A stretch of 64,000 nucleotides of DNA from NCBI GenBank assembly GCA_041662205.1, contig JBAZSZ010000003.1, positions 9,772 through 73,771 of the forward strand, read 5' to 3'. This document shows, piece by piece, positions 9,877-19,150 of the stretch. A program made the translations under genes and the position numbers. Source of the DNA: Minisyncoccota bacterium. Its GTDB lineage: Bacteria > Patescibacteriota > Minisyncoccia > Phycocordibacterales > UBA9973. Each line of letters begins with the position of its first letter. Position 1 is the stretch's first letter. Below the pieces are notes generated by a model. The model was not told the DNA's origin, searched no databases, and saw only the letters and a list, made by a program, of their open reading frames with translations.

Positions 9877-9902
9877 TAAGGAATGGTTATATAATCTATA
9901 TT

Positions 9903-10265
9903 ATGGCTGGAAGAAAATTAAAATATAAAGGTATGTCGGTGAATGTGTTTGGCTTACCAAGTTTTGGTAATTCTCATAAGGAAAATAAAATACTAAAAAT
10001 ACCAAAACGACGATATCTTCAATCCTTTATTTCTGATTTTAAAAAAGATTCACCTAAAAATTTGCTTCTAATTTATGATATTCCTGAAGGAAGAAAGAAG
10101 GAGAGGGATTGGTTTCGTCGTCAGCTAAAAAATTTTGACTTTATTATGATCCAAAGAAGTGTTTGGGTCGGACCATCACCTTTGCCAGTCAATTTTCTTG
10201 CCTACTTAAAAAGAATTGGATTACAAAAAGAATTTAAGACATTTAAACTAGCTAAGCCATATTAA
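9903..10265 (+). CDS. stand-alone Cas2-like / PaaX central-domain protein
   Basis: LLLIYDIPE..KKERDWFRRQL...F.MIQRSVWV signature; no full N-terminal winged helix apparent. Confidence 0.75.
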   Translation: MAGRKLKYKGMSVNVFGLPSFGNSHKENKILKIPKRRYLQSFISDFKKDSPKNLLLIYDIPEGRKKERDWFRRQLKNFDFIMIQRSVWVGPSPLPVNFLAYLKRIGLQKEFKTFKLAKPY

Positions 10266-10270
10266 AATTA

Positions 10271-10290
10271 ATCTACGCTATAGCGTAGAT
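10271..10290. repeat. second identical 20-bp palindrome downstream of Cas2/PaaX-like gene
   Basis: ATCTACGCTATAGCGTAGAT. Confidence 0.95.
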
Positions 10291-10340
10291 GCAATAAGTA
10301 ATCTATTTATTTTTTAACTTCTCTCTGTTATACTCTTTAC

Positions 10341-10613
10341 ATGAACATTAAAGACGTTGAAAACCTTGCCAGCCTTGCTAGAATTGAGCTAGGAGAAGAA
10401 GAAAAAAAGAACCTACTCTCCGATATGGAGAGTATTTTAGGTTACGTCAAACAGATTGAAGAAGTGAAAGCCGAAGACGTAGAACCGGAATATAAAGTTT
10501 ATAATGTTTGGCGAGAGGACGAAATAATTCCAAGAGAATTTTCAAGAGAAATTATCGCAGAACAATTTCCAGATGCGCAAGAAGGATTTTTGAAAGTTAA
10601 AAAGATTTTGTGA
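10341..10613 (+). CDS. gatC: Asp/Glu-tRNA amidotransferase subunit C
   Basis: VENLASLARI, ILGYV, REDE; precedes gatA. Confidence 0.9.
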   Translation: MNIKDVENLASLARIELGEEEKKNLLSDMESILGYVKQIEEVKAEDVEPEYKVYNVWREDEIIPREFSREIIAEQFPDAQEGFLKVKKIL

Positions 10614-10704
10614 ACATATCCTGTCATAAATTTTTTCCTCTTCCTCCCTTCTTGGATTACCAAGTGGGACCCACAGAGTTAAAAAATTTATGACAGGCTA
10701 TGTT
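10613..10704. repeat. ~92-bp element with 24-bp terminal inverted repeats between gatC and gatA
   Basis: AACATATCCTGTCATAAATTTTTT / AAAAAATTTATGACAGGCTATGTT with internal CTTGG..CCAAG hairpin. Confidence 0.75.
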
Positions 10705-10713
10705 TTAAACAAT

Positions 10714-12132
10714 ATGATTGATTTAGAAAATTTAACAATAGAAAAAGCAAGAAAAGCTCTTGATGCGAAAGAATTTTCGGCGGTAGATTTAGCGTCCGCT
10801 TATTTAGCCGAGATTGAAAAGAAAAATAAAGAACTCAATGCATATTTGGAAGTTTTTGATGATGTGCTGGAACAAGCAAAAAAAGCAGACGAGATGATAG
10901 CCAAAGGGGAGACTTATCCACTACTTGGTATTCCTTTGGCTATTAAAGATGTGATATTAATCAAAGGCAGGAAAGTTTCTGCTGCTTCAAAAATTCTAGA
11001 AAATTATATCGCTTCGTATGATGCTACAGTTATCACTAAATTAAAAAAACAAGGGGTAGTATTTTTAGGTAGAACTAATACCGATGAATTTGCGATGGGT
11101 GGCTCTACTGAAAATTCAGCTTATGGAGTAACAAGAAATCCTCACGATGTATCACGGGTAGCAGGAGGGTCTTCTGGTGGATCAGTGGTCGCGGTGGCTG
11201 CAAATATGGCTCTGGGAGCCTTGGGTTCTGATACAGGTGGATCAGTGCGAGAGCCAGCTTCTTTTTGTGGAATAGTAGGCATGAAGCCTACTTATGGGAG
11301 GGTTTCTCGATATGGTCTTATCGCTATGGGTTCTTCTTTGGATTGTATTGGATCTATTGCTAAAAATATAACTGATGTTGAAATTATCTATAATGCTATT
11401 TATGGAAATGATGTGTTAGACAGCACTAGTATCACAGACACTACTTATTCAAAATCTTCCTTTAAAAAAGTTATTGGTGTGCCATGGGACTTAGTAAATG
11501 GAGAGGGTGTTGATTCAGATGTTAAGGAAAATTTTAAACAGTCTGTTTTAAAGTTAGAAAATCTTGGTTTTAAAATTAAAGATATTTCAATAAAAAATTT
11601 AGATCTAGCTCTGGCAATATATTATATTATAATGCCCGCTGAAGCGTCCACTAATTTGTCTCGTTTTGATGGGGTGCGATATGGTCTACACAAAGAAGGT
11701 AAAAATTTATTAGAAGATTATATGTTAACAAAAGGAAAAGGTTTTGGGAGAGAGGTTCGCCGTAGAATACTTTTGGGTACTTATGTGCTTTCTGCTGGTT
11801 ATTATGATGCTTATTATGGCAAGGCCCAAAATATTCGTAGTGTCTTAAGAAAAGAATTAATAAAAACATTTCAAGACGTTGATATTATAGCCACACCTAC
11901 TTCTCCTATACCGGCTTGGAAAATAGGGGAAAAAAGTGATCCGCTTTCTATGTATTTAGCAGATATATTTACTATTACTGCGAATATTGTTGGAGTTCCA
12001 GCTGTTTCAATACCATCAGGCTTAATGGAGGTAGAAGGCAAAAAATTACCTCTTGGTATTCAGTTTATGGTGTCACATGGAGCAGAAGAAGTGCTTTTCG
12101 AAGTCGGTAAAAAATTTGAAGAAATGCTATAA
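10714..12132 (+). CDS. gatA: Asp/Glu-tRNA amidotransferase subunit A
   Basis: DEFAMGGSTENS, GGSSGGS, GSDTGGSVR, EVRRRILLGTYVLSAGYYDAYY. Confidence 0.96.
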   Translation: MIDLENLTIEKARKALDAKEFSAVDLASAYLAEIEKKNKELNAYLEVFDDVLEQAKKADEMIAKGETYPLLGIPLAIKDVILIKGRKVSAASKILENYIASYDATVITKLKKQGVVFLGRTNTDEFAMGGSTENSAYGVTRNPHDVSRVAGGSSGGSVVAVAANMALGALGSDTGGSVREPASFCGIVGMKPTYGRVSRYGLIAMGSSLDCIGSIAKNITDVEIIYNAIYGNDVLDSTSITDTTYSKSSFKKVIGVPWDLVNGEGVDSDVKENFKQSVLKLENLGFKIKDISIKNLDLALAIYYIIMPAEASTNLSRFDGVRYGLHKEGKNLLEDYMLTKGKGFGREVRRRILLGTYVLSAGYYDAYYGKAQNIRSVLRKELIKTFQDVDIIATPTSPIPAWKIGEKSDPLSMYLADIFTITANIVGVPAVSIPSGLMEVEGKKLPLGIQFMVSHGAEEVLFEVGKKFEEML

Positions 12133-12139
12133 TTTTATT

Positions 12140-12784
12140 ATGGAAACAGTTAATCAAAATTCCTTTTTACAAAACACTTTTATTGATTCAAAGTATTTTA
12201 ATCCTGAATATTTATTCAATCAAGGATCTATTTTTTTTCATGATTTATTTTCTTTTCTTTCCGAAGTTCCCATTGATCAGGTAATAATTTTTATAAAAAC
12301 AATTCTTTTCTTTTTAGCGATGTTTTTTTTGACCATAATTTGTTATGTGATTGTTCGAATGCTCGAAATTAGAGCAAAGGAACATAAATACACTCATGAT
12401 GAAATTCATGAATATGCTCATAAAAAAGAACAAGAGGAAAAAAAGAAACGTGAAGAGTCTAGGGGTTCAAAAAATGAGCGTTGGGTAAAGACTCTTAGTT
12501 ACCTTTTTTCTCAACATGCGAGTGATTGGAAGCTTTCAATCATCGAAGCGGACTCTATGCTTGAAAGTCTAATGGAGCAACTTGGTTTCAGAGGAGAAAC
12601 CTTAGGAGATAGATTAAAAATGGCTAATCAAGAAAATTTCCCAAATCTTACTATTGCTTGGGAGGTTCATACTATTAGAAATAGAATAGCGCATGAAGGT
12701 TTGAATTTCGAGGTCTCTCAACATGAAGCGAAAAGAGTCATCGCTTTATACGAGCAAATTTTTCATGAGTATGGCTATATTTGA
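12140..12784 (+). CDS. conserved CPR hypothetical membrane protein
   Basis: Single TM helix, IIEADSML..LG..GETLGDRLK, RNRIAHE. Confidence 0.75.
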   Translation: METVNQNSFLQNTFIDSKYFNPEYLFNQGSIFFHDLFSFLSEVPIDQVIIFIKTILFFLAMFFLTIICYVIVRMLEIRAKEHKYTHDEIHEYAHKKEQEEKKKREESRGSKNERWVKTLSYLFSQHASDWKLSIIEADSMLESLMEQLGFRGETLGDRLKMANQENFPNLTIAWEVHTIRNRIAHEGLNFEVSQHEAKRVIALYEQIFHEYGYI

Positions 12785-12854
12785 TTTTAAGTTTGCTTTT
12801 TAAAGAATTTAAGGTAAAATTGATAGGTGCCTCAGAGAAGGCATTTTTTAATAT

Positions 12855-12925
12855 AGCGGGGTAGAGAAGAGGTATCTCGTAAGGCTCATAACCTTAAGAC
12901 TCACGTTCGATTCGTGACCCCGCAA
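12855..12925 (+). tRNA. tRNA-Met(CAT), probable initiator
   Basis: Cloverleaf, CTCATAA loop, GTTCGATT T-loop, unpaired A1:A72. Confidence 0.88.
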
Positions 12926-12980
12926 CAAGTCGGCAAGTGACATGCCAAAATGTCTAATTGTCGAGTATAATGTATAATAT

Positions 12981-13053
12981 GTCGGCGTAGCTCAGTTAGT
13001 AGAGCACGGGACTCATAAGCCCGGGGTCGCAGGCGCACTCCCTGCCGCCGACA
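12981..13053 (+). tRNA. tRNA-Met(CAT), probable elongator
   Basis: GTCGGCG/CGCCGAC acceptor stem, CTCATAA loop, atypical T-loop CGCACTC. Confidence 0.85.
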
Positions 13054-13075
13054 CCCTCAAAAAAGAGGAAAATAT

Positions 13076-13149
13076 GCGGGCGTAGCTCAACTGGTTAGAG
13101 CGCATCCCTGTCACGGATGAGGTTGCCGGTTCAAGTCCGGTCGCTCGCG
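13076..13149 (+). tRNA. tRNA-Asp(GTC)
   Basis: Cloverleaf, CATCC-CTGTCAC-GGATG anticodon arm, GGTTCAAGTCC. Confidence 0.95.
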
Positions 13150-13151
13150 CA

Positions 13152-13190
13152 AATTAAAAATACCGTAGCTTCTGCTACGGTATTTTTAAT
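13152..13190 (+). terminator. terminator hairpin after tRNA-Asp
   Basis: AATTAAAAATACCGTAGC-TTCT-GCTACGGTATTTTTAATT. Confidence 0.8.
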
Positions 13191-13320
13191 TCTAGCGCGA
13201 TGTAAGCAAGCAAACTGCTTTGCTTGCGTCCGGCTTGAACAGGCGGAGCCGTGTCGCAAAGCGACAGGCGAGCCCGGGGAGGAAGTTCTTAGGAGCAAAG
13301 GCGACTTAGAAACTTGACCC

Positions 13321-13340
13321 CAAGTCCGGTCGCTCGCGCA
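13321..13340 (+). repeat. 20-bp direct repeat of tRNA-Asp 3' end (att-like)
   Basis: CAAGTCCGGTCGCTCGCGCA identical to 13132..13151. Confidence 0.92.
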
Positions 13341-13482
13341 GTATAAAATTTAGAAATAATATCTTTATTTCACAATGACTTTTCAGTTCCAACTGAGAGC
13401 AGTTTTTATACTGGTCTATTTGATGTTGGAACTGATATAATAATATAGGTCAAAATTTATTAATTTTAATTATGTAGATAAT

Positions 13483-13704
13483 ATGAAAATATCAAAAATA
13501 ATGCACGTCGCTAGTGTTATCGTAGGGTTGGTTGGGATAGTTGTTTTTATTAAAACACTTGGAGTTCCGTCAGATGGGATGGTTTTCGGAATCACAAAAT
13601 TTGATGCGTTGTTCTGTATAGCAATTCTTTTTCTTATCGCTATTTGGAGCCAAGTTGGAACTATTCATCATATGATGCTTGAAAAAACAGGCGAGATTAT
13701 ATAA
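13483..13704 (+). CDS. small two-TM hypothetical protein
   Basis: 73 aa, two hydrophobic helices, GTIHHMMLEK tail. Confidence 0.7.
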   Translation: MKISKIMHVASVIVGLVGIVVFIKTLGVPSDGMVFGITKFDALFCIAILFLIAIWSQVGTIHHMMLEKTGEII

Positions 13705-13711
13705 AAATCAC

Positions 13712-13740
13712 TTGACATTTATACCCCATAGGGGTATAAC
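13712..13740 (+). promoter_or_regulatory. sigma70 promoter overlapped by CsoR-type operator
   Basis: TTGACA-N17-TATAAC containing ATACCCCATAGGGGTAT. Confidence 0.8.
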
Positions 13741-13812
13741 CAAAGCTGGGAGTAATTTTATTAGTCAATAAAATTATTAGACTTAATTAACAGCTAATTA
13801 AATTTTAATTAT

Positions 13813-14055
13813 ATGATGTATGGAATATATAATGGTTATGGAGGTTGGGGGAATATGATGGGTTATTTTGGAGGAGGAATTATGATGTTTTTATTTTGGG
13901 GAGCGATTATTTATTTTATTGTCTGGCTGGTTCGCAATAACAAAACAAATGGGGCAGATAGCAGTAAAAAGGCATTAGATATTTTAAAAGAAAGATATGC
14001 CAAAGGTGAGATAGATAAAAAAGAGTTTGAGGAAAAGAAGAAAGATTTAAGTTAA
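13813..14055 (+). CDS. SHOCT-domain membrane protein
   Basis: Gly/Met-rich N-terminus, TM helix, [23 protein letters not shown]. Confidence 0.88.
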   Translation: MMYGIYNGYGGWGNMMGYFGGGIMMFLFWGAIIYFIVWLVRNNKTNGADSSKKALDILKERYAKGEIDKKEFEEKKKDLS

Positions 14056-14061
14056 GTTATT

Positions 14062-14388
14062 ATGAAACTAGGAATGATTTTACAATCAAATAAACCAGAG
14101 CGTGTATGGAATACATTCCGTCTTGGAATTACTTCGCTTAAAGCTGGACATCAAGTAGAAATCTTTTTGATGAGCGAAGGTTCAGAATTAGATACAATTC
14201 CCGACACTAAGGATTTTGATATTTCCAAGAAAGTATTGGAGTTTAAAGAATTAAAAGGCAAGATTTATGCTTGTGGTAGTTGTCTTAAAATTCGTGGAAA
14301 GGAAGAAAGTAGTGTATGTCCAATTTCCACGATGTCCGACTTGCTCAAAATGGTTGAGAGTTCAGATAAATTATTAGTATTTGGATAA
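14062..14388 (+). CDS. DsrE/DsrF-like protein
   Basis: VEIFLMSEG, IYACGSCLKIR, CPISTM. Confidence 0.85.
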   Translation: MKLGMILQSNKPERVWNTFRLGITSLKAGHQVEIFLMSEGSELDTIPDTKDFDISKKVLEFKELKGKIYACGSCLKIRGKEESSVCPISTMSDLLKMVESSDKLLVFG

Positions 14389-14587
14389 AATTCCACTAAA
14401 CTGCAATTTACTCTTTCTGGATACATTTCTCTGGCTTTTTGTCTAAATTAGGTATAAAAATATAATCCTTATGATTGCGGATAGCGGTTCACACTTCGTT
14501 TACCAGTACGTGCAAATATTTTAGCCATTAAAATAAGGACCAAAAGTTCACGATTATGGTGGGCTTGATTTGTGATATAATTTTAGT

Positions 14588-15418
14588 ATGAAAAGATTAT
14601 TGATTTATATTGCTACTTTTTTTGTTATTTTAATAATAATTTTTATTTATCTTTTTAAGAATAAAAAAATAGAAACAATTAAAAATCCTATAGTGCCAGA
14701 AGCGGTCGCTATGTGTTATTTTTATTCTAAAAATACTTCAAATATTTTTGCTGATCGTGCTTGGCTTAAAATGAGTATTTTAGGTGATAAAGTAACAGGC
14801 GAATATCAAAATCTTCCAGCCGAAAAAGACAGCAAGATTGGAAAATTTAGTGGAGTAGTCGGCAAGATGGATCCTAAAATTAGTGGACGTATCGCCGATG
14901 TATGGTGGGATTCTTTAGCTGAAGGTATGACTGTAACTGAACAATTAAAAATTGAGTTTGGTGAAGGTAGTGCCGTTGTGTTTTTTGGTGAAATGATCGA
15001 TAGAGGAGACGGAGTTTACGTATATAAAGATGTCACAAAATTAACTCCAGGATTTCAAATGTCACAAATAGATTGTGAATCATTAGATGATAGAATAATA
15101 GTTGAAAATTATATTCGTAATAATGTTAAAACCATTGTGCCAGAAAAGCCTGTATTAGGTGGTTCGTGGTATGTAATTTCTGTAAATATAAATTCTTTTA
15201 CAAAAACAGGTTCTATGGTGTATGAAGATGGTCACATACAAGGGGAAAAAAGTTTTAATTATGTTCGGAATGGCACACAAGTAATAATTAATTTAATAAA
15301 TAGTTTACCTTCCATTAGATCAAAAGAACCAGTTGCTTGCACTATGGATGCTAAACAATGCCCTGACGGTTCTTATGTTGGCCGTACTGGTCCTAATTGT
15401 GAATTTGTTTGCCCTTAA
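14588..15418 (+). CDS. membrane-anchored hypothetical protein with C-terminal Cys-rich module
   Basis: TM helix; VLGGSWYV, YEDGH; tail VACTMDAKQCPDGSYVGRTGPNCEF. Confidence 0.75.
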   Translation: MKRLLIYIATFFVILIIIFIYLFKNKKIETIKNPIVPEAVAMCYFYSKNTSNIFADRAWLKMSILGDKVTGEYQNLPAEKDSKIGKFSGVVGKMDPKISGRIADVWWDSLAEGMTVTEQLKIEFGEGSAVVFFGEMIDRGDGVYVYKDVTKLTPGFQMSQIDCESLDDRIIVENYIRNNVKTIVPEKPVLGGSWYVISVNINSFTKTGSMVYEDGHIQGEKSFNYVRNGTQVIINLINSLPSIRSKEPVACTMDAKQCPDGSYVGRTGPNCEFVCP

Positions 15419-15533
15419 TATAAGTTTGAATCTAGATTTTGTTTTCTCCAACCTTGCTTAGTTATATTTTTATTATATAATTATATAGGTCGTAACAATA
15501 TAAGAAAGATTATTATTAACTTTTTAAAATTTT

Positions 15534-15731
15534 ATGGCTGATACAATTATTACAAATTCTCCTGAAAGAGACGGAGGTGGTGGTGCAGGATGGGTAGTGG
15601 CCTTGGTTATTATTATTGCAGTTATTATTGGAGGTATAGTGCTGTATCGTCGAGGTGTATTTAGAGCGGCTCCAGCAGGTGACACTAATATTAATGTTAC
15701 TTTACCAAACCCTGTTGATTTGCCAAACTAA
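15534..15731 (+). CDS. small single-TM hypothetical protein
   Basis: 65 aa, GGGGAGW then TM helix. Confidence 0.7.
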   Translation: MADTIITNSPERDGGGGAGWVVALVIIIAVIIGGIVLYRRGVFRAAPAGDTNINVTLPNPVDLPN

Positions 15732-15795
15732 CGTAACAAATAGTCTGAAAGAGCTTTGTTTTTAATTACTAGGTTTTTTAATAAATAAATTATTT

Positions 15796-15933
15796 ATGTC
15801 GTTACTTACAATTTCTGAAATTATTTTTTTTCTTGTCTATGGTGTTAGTCATTTTTACCCGTTCAAAAATTCACAGATAATCTGTGCAATTGCGGCTATT
15901 GTAGTTGCTGTTCTTTTGATTGTTAAAATTTAG
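15796..15933 (+). CDS. 45-aa two-TM microprotein (below ORF track cutoff)
   Basis: MSLLTISEIIFFLVYGVSHFYPFKNSQIICAIAAIVVAVLLIVKI, followed by terminator. Confidence 0.5.
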   Translation: MSLLTISEIIFFLVYGVSHFYPFKNSQIICAIAAIVVAVLLIVKI

Positions 15934-15956
15934 TTTTCACTAAATTGTGCAAGCAC

Positions 15957-15986
15957 AAAAAAAACCATATTAATATGGTTTTTTTT
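15957..15986. terminator. bidirectional terminator
   Basis: AAAAAAAACCATATTAATATGGTTTTTTTT between convergent ORFs. Confidence 0.7.
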
Positions 15987-15992
15987 GTTTGT

Positions 15993-16448
15993 TTATAGAG
16001 ATTCAGGACTTTTTGAAAAATACGGGATTAATTTGGTTGAATAATATCCGCCTACAAAAGCAAGGGTGTGGATAATTCCAAAAGCTACTCCGGTTCCAAA
16101 AAGATCCATCCCTAAAAATGTTAATTTATTTAAGGAAATTCCAAAAGGATAAAAATAAACATTAAAAACCTTGTTCATTATAAAAGGCAGAATATTGTAA
16201 TAAAATCCAAAAATTGAGGCCACTAAGATTCCAGCTACGGATACCTTGATAAATTCTTTTCTATTCACATCAATAAAGGAAAGGAAAAGAATTGAAAACA
16301 AAAAGTAAAGGGAAAATTTTACGATAAAGTAAGGAAGTGTTTCCATTGGGTTGGAGAATAATAAATGAGAAAAATAATCAATCACGTAGACACCCACGAA
16401 CGATATTATTATCGCATTCAGTGCTATTTTAAAATAATTTTTTTTCAT
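15993..16448 (-). CDS. hypothetical four-TM membrane protein
   Basis: 151 aa hydrophobic ORF; TATAAT 6 nt before ATG. Confidence 0.7.
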   Translation of the reverse strand: MKKNYFKIALNAIIISFVGVYVIDYFSHLLFSNPMETLPYFIVKFSLYFLFSILFLSFIDVNRKEFIKVSVAGILVASIFGFYYNILPFIMNKVFNVYFYPFGISLNKLTFLGMDLFGTGVAFGIIHTLAFVGGYYSTKLIPYFSKSPESL

Positions 16449-16543
16449 ACTGTCATTATACCATTTTTATTAATTAAATTAAAATCATTAGCCAACAAGG
16501 AGTACATTTGCAAATCGTTTGTATTTAGAATATCATTTCTTTG

Positions 16544-17293
16544 ATGATTACATCATATATTTACGCATTGATTGCTGTTGTCATAGTCAGCTTGGTTTCA
16601 TTGGTTGGAGCTTTTTTTATTTCTATGAAAGAAGAACTGATAAAAAAGTATATTTTTTTGTTGGTTAGTTTGGCAGTGGGGGCTCTTTTAGGAGATGCCT
16701 TTATTCATTTAATACCGGAAGCATTTGAAAATTCTTTAAATCCTCTTTCTGTCAGCTTGTTTATTGTTGCGGGGATTATTTTATTTTTTGCATTAGAAAA
16801 GTTTATGCATTGGCATCATCATGGTGATGATACAGAAGAACACGATATTCACCCAGTAGGAAAACTTGTACTTTTTTCAGACGGTATTCATAATTTTATA
16901 GACGGAGTAATTATTGGGATAAGTTTTTTAGTAAGCGTTCCCATTGGTATTGCTACTACTTTGGCGGTCATCTTACACGAAATACCACAAGAGATAGGAG
17001 ATTTTGCAGTATTGTTGCACTCTGGATACACTAGAAAGCGAGCATTATGGCTTAATTTCCTATCCGCTTTAACAGCTATACTCGGAACTTTCTTAGCTTT
17101 TGTATTAGGAGAAACCAGTGAGAGCTTTACGAATTGGGTTCTACCGTTAGCAGCTGGAGGATTTATTTATATTGCAGTGGCAGATTTAATTCCAGAACTT
17201 CAAAAAACAAAAAAGGCGAGTTATTCTTTTTTTCAGTTGTTTTTCTTAATTATGGGAGTGATTTTAATGGTAGGCTTAGTTTTCTTAGAATAA
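16544..17293 (+). CDS. ZIP family zinc transporter
   Basis: GDAFIHLIPE, HWHHH, DGIHNFIDG, HEIPQEIGDF. Confidence 0.93.
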   Translation: MITSYIYALIAVVIVSLVSLVGAFFISMKEELIKKYIFLLVSLAVGALLGDAFIHLIPEAFENSLNPLSVSLFIVAGIILFFALEKFMHWHHHGDDTEEHDIHPVGKLVLFSDGIHNFIDGVIIGISFLVSVPIGIATTLAVILHEIPQEIGDFAVLLHSGYTRKRALWLNFLSALTAILGTFLAFVLGETSESFTNWVLPLAAGGFIYIAVADLIPELQKTKKASYSFFQLFFLIMGVILMVGLVFLE

Positions 17294-17318
17294 GTTTAAA
17301 AAGGTATATAATATATAT

Positions 17319-19142
17319 ATGTTTAAAAATACCGAAGATTCTGATATTTCTATAGCAAATTTAAGATTTATAAAAATTGGTCTGTTCTTTTCATTAGTGT
17401 TTATTTTGTTTGGAATTTTAGAGTCCAAGACTTTTGAATTTAAATACAAAGATCGCTTTTATCCGGGTATCTTTATCGGTGGTGAATATGTCGGCGGGAA
17501 AACTTATTCTGAAGTCCTAAATAACTTTAAGGAAAAAAAAGCAGAATTAGAGAAAAAAGGATTGAGTGTGAATTTTTCTAGTTCACGCGGAATACAAAAA
17601 GTTAATATTCCAATGAACTCGATAGGATCTACCCCTGATAACTCTGTGGAATATTTTTCTTTTGATGATTGGGAAAATAATTTACAAGAAGCCTATCGGT
17701 GGGGGCATGAGGCAAACCTTCTTCTCAATCTAAAAGATCAAGCAATACTTTTATTTACAAAAAAATATTTTAATTTCACCAATTCAATACATCGAGAAGT
17801 AGTGGATCCTTTTTTGGAAGACAGAGTTTATAACTTTCTAAAAAAAAGTGTTCCGGCGACCTTTTCTTTTGCTTCGGGTAAAATAACTATTTTAAAAGAA
17901 GTAGAAGGAGAAAAAGTAGAAAGGGAAGAAGTTTTAAATATTTTAGAACAAAAGTTAAATTTATTTGACACAACACCTGTAATTTTTACGATTGATCAGG
18001 ATGTCCCGATAGTTACTATGGAAAGACTCGAACCCTTTTTAGATTTTGCAGAAAGATTTGCTAAAGGAAAAGAATTATCTTTTCAATATAAAGGACGGGA
18101 GTGGAAAATAAAAGAGAACAAAATCGTCTCGTGGCTTACCCTAAATAGAGAGAATACTATTGAGATTAATAGCACGATGCTAGAAGACTACCTTGCGAAC
18201 ACAGTTGCAAAGTCTATAGATAATCCTCCGCAAAATAGTCGTTTTAAAATGCAAAATGGAAAATTAGTTGAAACTGTTCCGGGTAAAAATGGTAACATCA
18301 TTGATGTAGGTGATGTATTGCAAAAGATCGAAAAATTAATTTCTGAAACGAACGGAGAAATAAAAAACAGTAGAATAAACATTCCTATAAAAACTATCGA
18401 AGTGGAACCTAGGGTAACTCAAAATACTGTAGAAAAATATCATATCTCGGATCTTGTCGGTGAAATTCGGACTAATTTTGACGGTAGCACTTCAGACCGT
18501 GAACACAATATAAAAATAGGGATTTCTATGATCGACGGAATGATAATACCTCCAGGAGCAGAATTTTCTACAGTAAATTCAATTGGTCACGTTTCTGCGC
18601 AAGAAGGTTATGTAAAAGAATTGGTAATAAAAGAAAATAAGACGACAAAAGAATACGGTGGAGGTTTGTGTCAGGTTGCTACTACTTTATTCCGTTTGGC
18701 GCTGAACGCTGGACTTCCGATCACAGAAAGACAAAATCATCGTTTCGTGGTTCATTATTATGACCCACCAGGATTTGATGCCACCATATATGGACCGCAT
18801 CCAGATCTTCGTTTTTTTAATGATACAAATAACTATCTTCTTTTGCAGGCACGAGTGGAAAAGAAGCAAGTAATTATGGAATTGTATGGACAAAAAGATG
18901 GGAGATCTTCAGAAATTTCTGAAGCTACTTTGTACAATAAAATTCCTGCTCCACCAACAAAATATGTGCAGAGTGCAGAACTTCCAATTGGACAAATAAA
19001 ATGTACTGAAGCGCCACATGATGGTGTGACTACAGATGTTTTATACACTGTCAAATATCCTGATGGGACAATAAAAGAGAAAAATTTCCACAGTGTTTAT
19101 CAACCTTGGCAAAAATTATGCCTGATCGGCACTGCTTTATAA
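17319..19142 (+). CDS. VanW family protein with N-terminal peptidoglycan-binding-like region
   Basis: GGGLCQVATTLF, ITERQNH, GFDATIY..PDLRF. Confidence 0.88.
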   Translation: MFKNTEDSDISIANLRFIKIGLFFSLVFILFGILESKTFEFKYKDRFYPGIFIGGEYVGGKTYSEVLNNFKEKKAELEKKGLSVNFSSSRGIQKVNIPMNSIGSTPDNSVEYFSFDDWENNLQEAYRWGHEANLLLNLKDQAILLFTKKYFNFTNSIHREVVDPFLEDRVYNFLKKSVPATFSFASGKITILKEVEGEKVEREEVLNILEQKLNLFDTTPVIFTIDQDVPIVTMERLEPFLDFAERFAKGKELSFQYKGREWKIKENKIVSWLTLNRENTIEINSTMLEDYLANTVAKSIDNPPQNSRFKMQNGKLVETVPGKNGNIIDVGDVLQKIEKLISETNGEIKNSRINIPIKTIEVEPRVTQNTVEKYHISDLVGEIRTNFDGSTSDREHNIKIGISMIDGMIIPPGAEFSTVNSIGHVSAQEGYVKELVIKENKTTKEYGGGLCQVATTLFRLALNAGLPITERQNHRFVVHYYDPPGFDATIYGPHPDLRFFNDTNNYLLLQARVEKKQVIMELYGQKDGRSSEISEATLYNKIPAPPTKYVQSAELPIGQIKCTEAPHDGVTTDVLYTVKYPDGTIKEKNFHSVYQPWQKLCLIGTAL

Positions 19143-19150
19143 AATTAATC

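Noticed and set aside
9857-10290. CRISPR-Cas locus
   Set aside because: Only two 20-bp repeats about 400 bp apart, no spacer array and no cas1 or effector genes
13117-13317. 66-aa ORF
   Set aside because: Overlaps tRNA-Asp and its terminator; better explained as structured non-coding DNA
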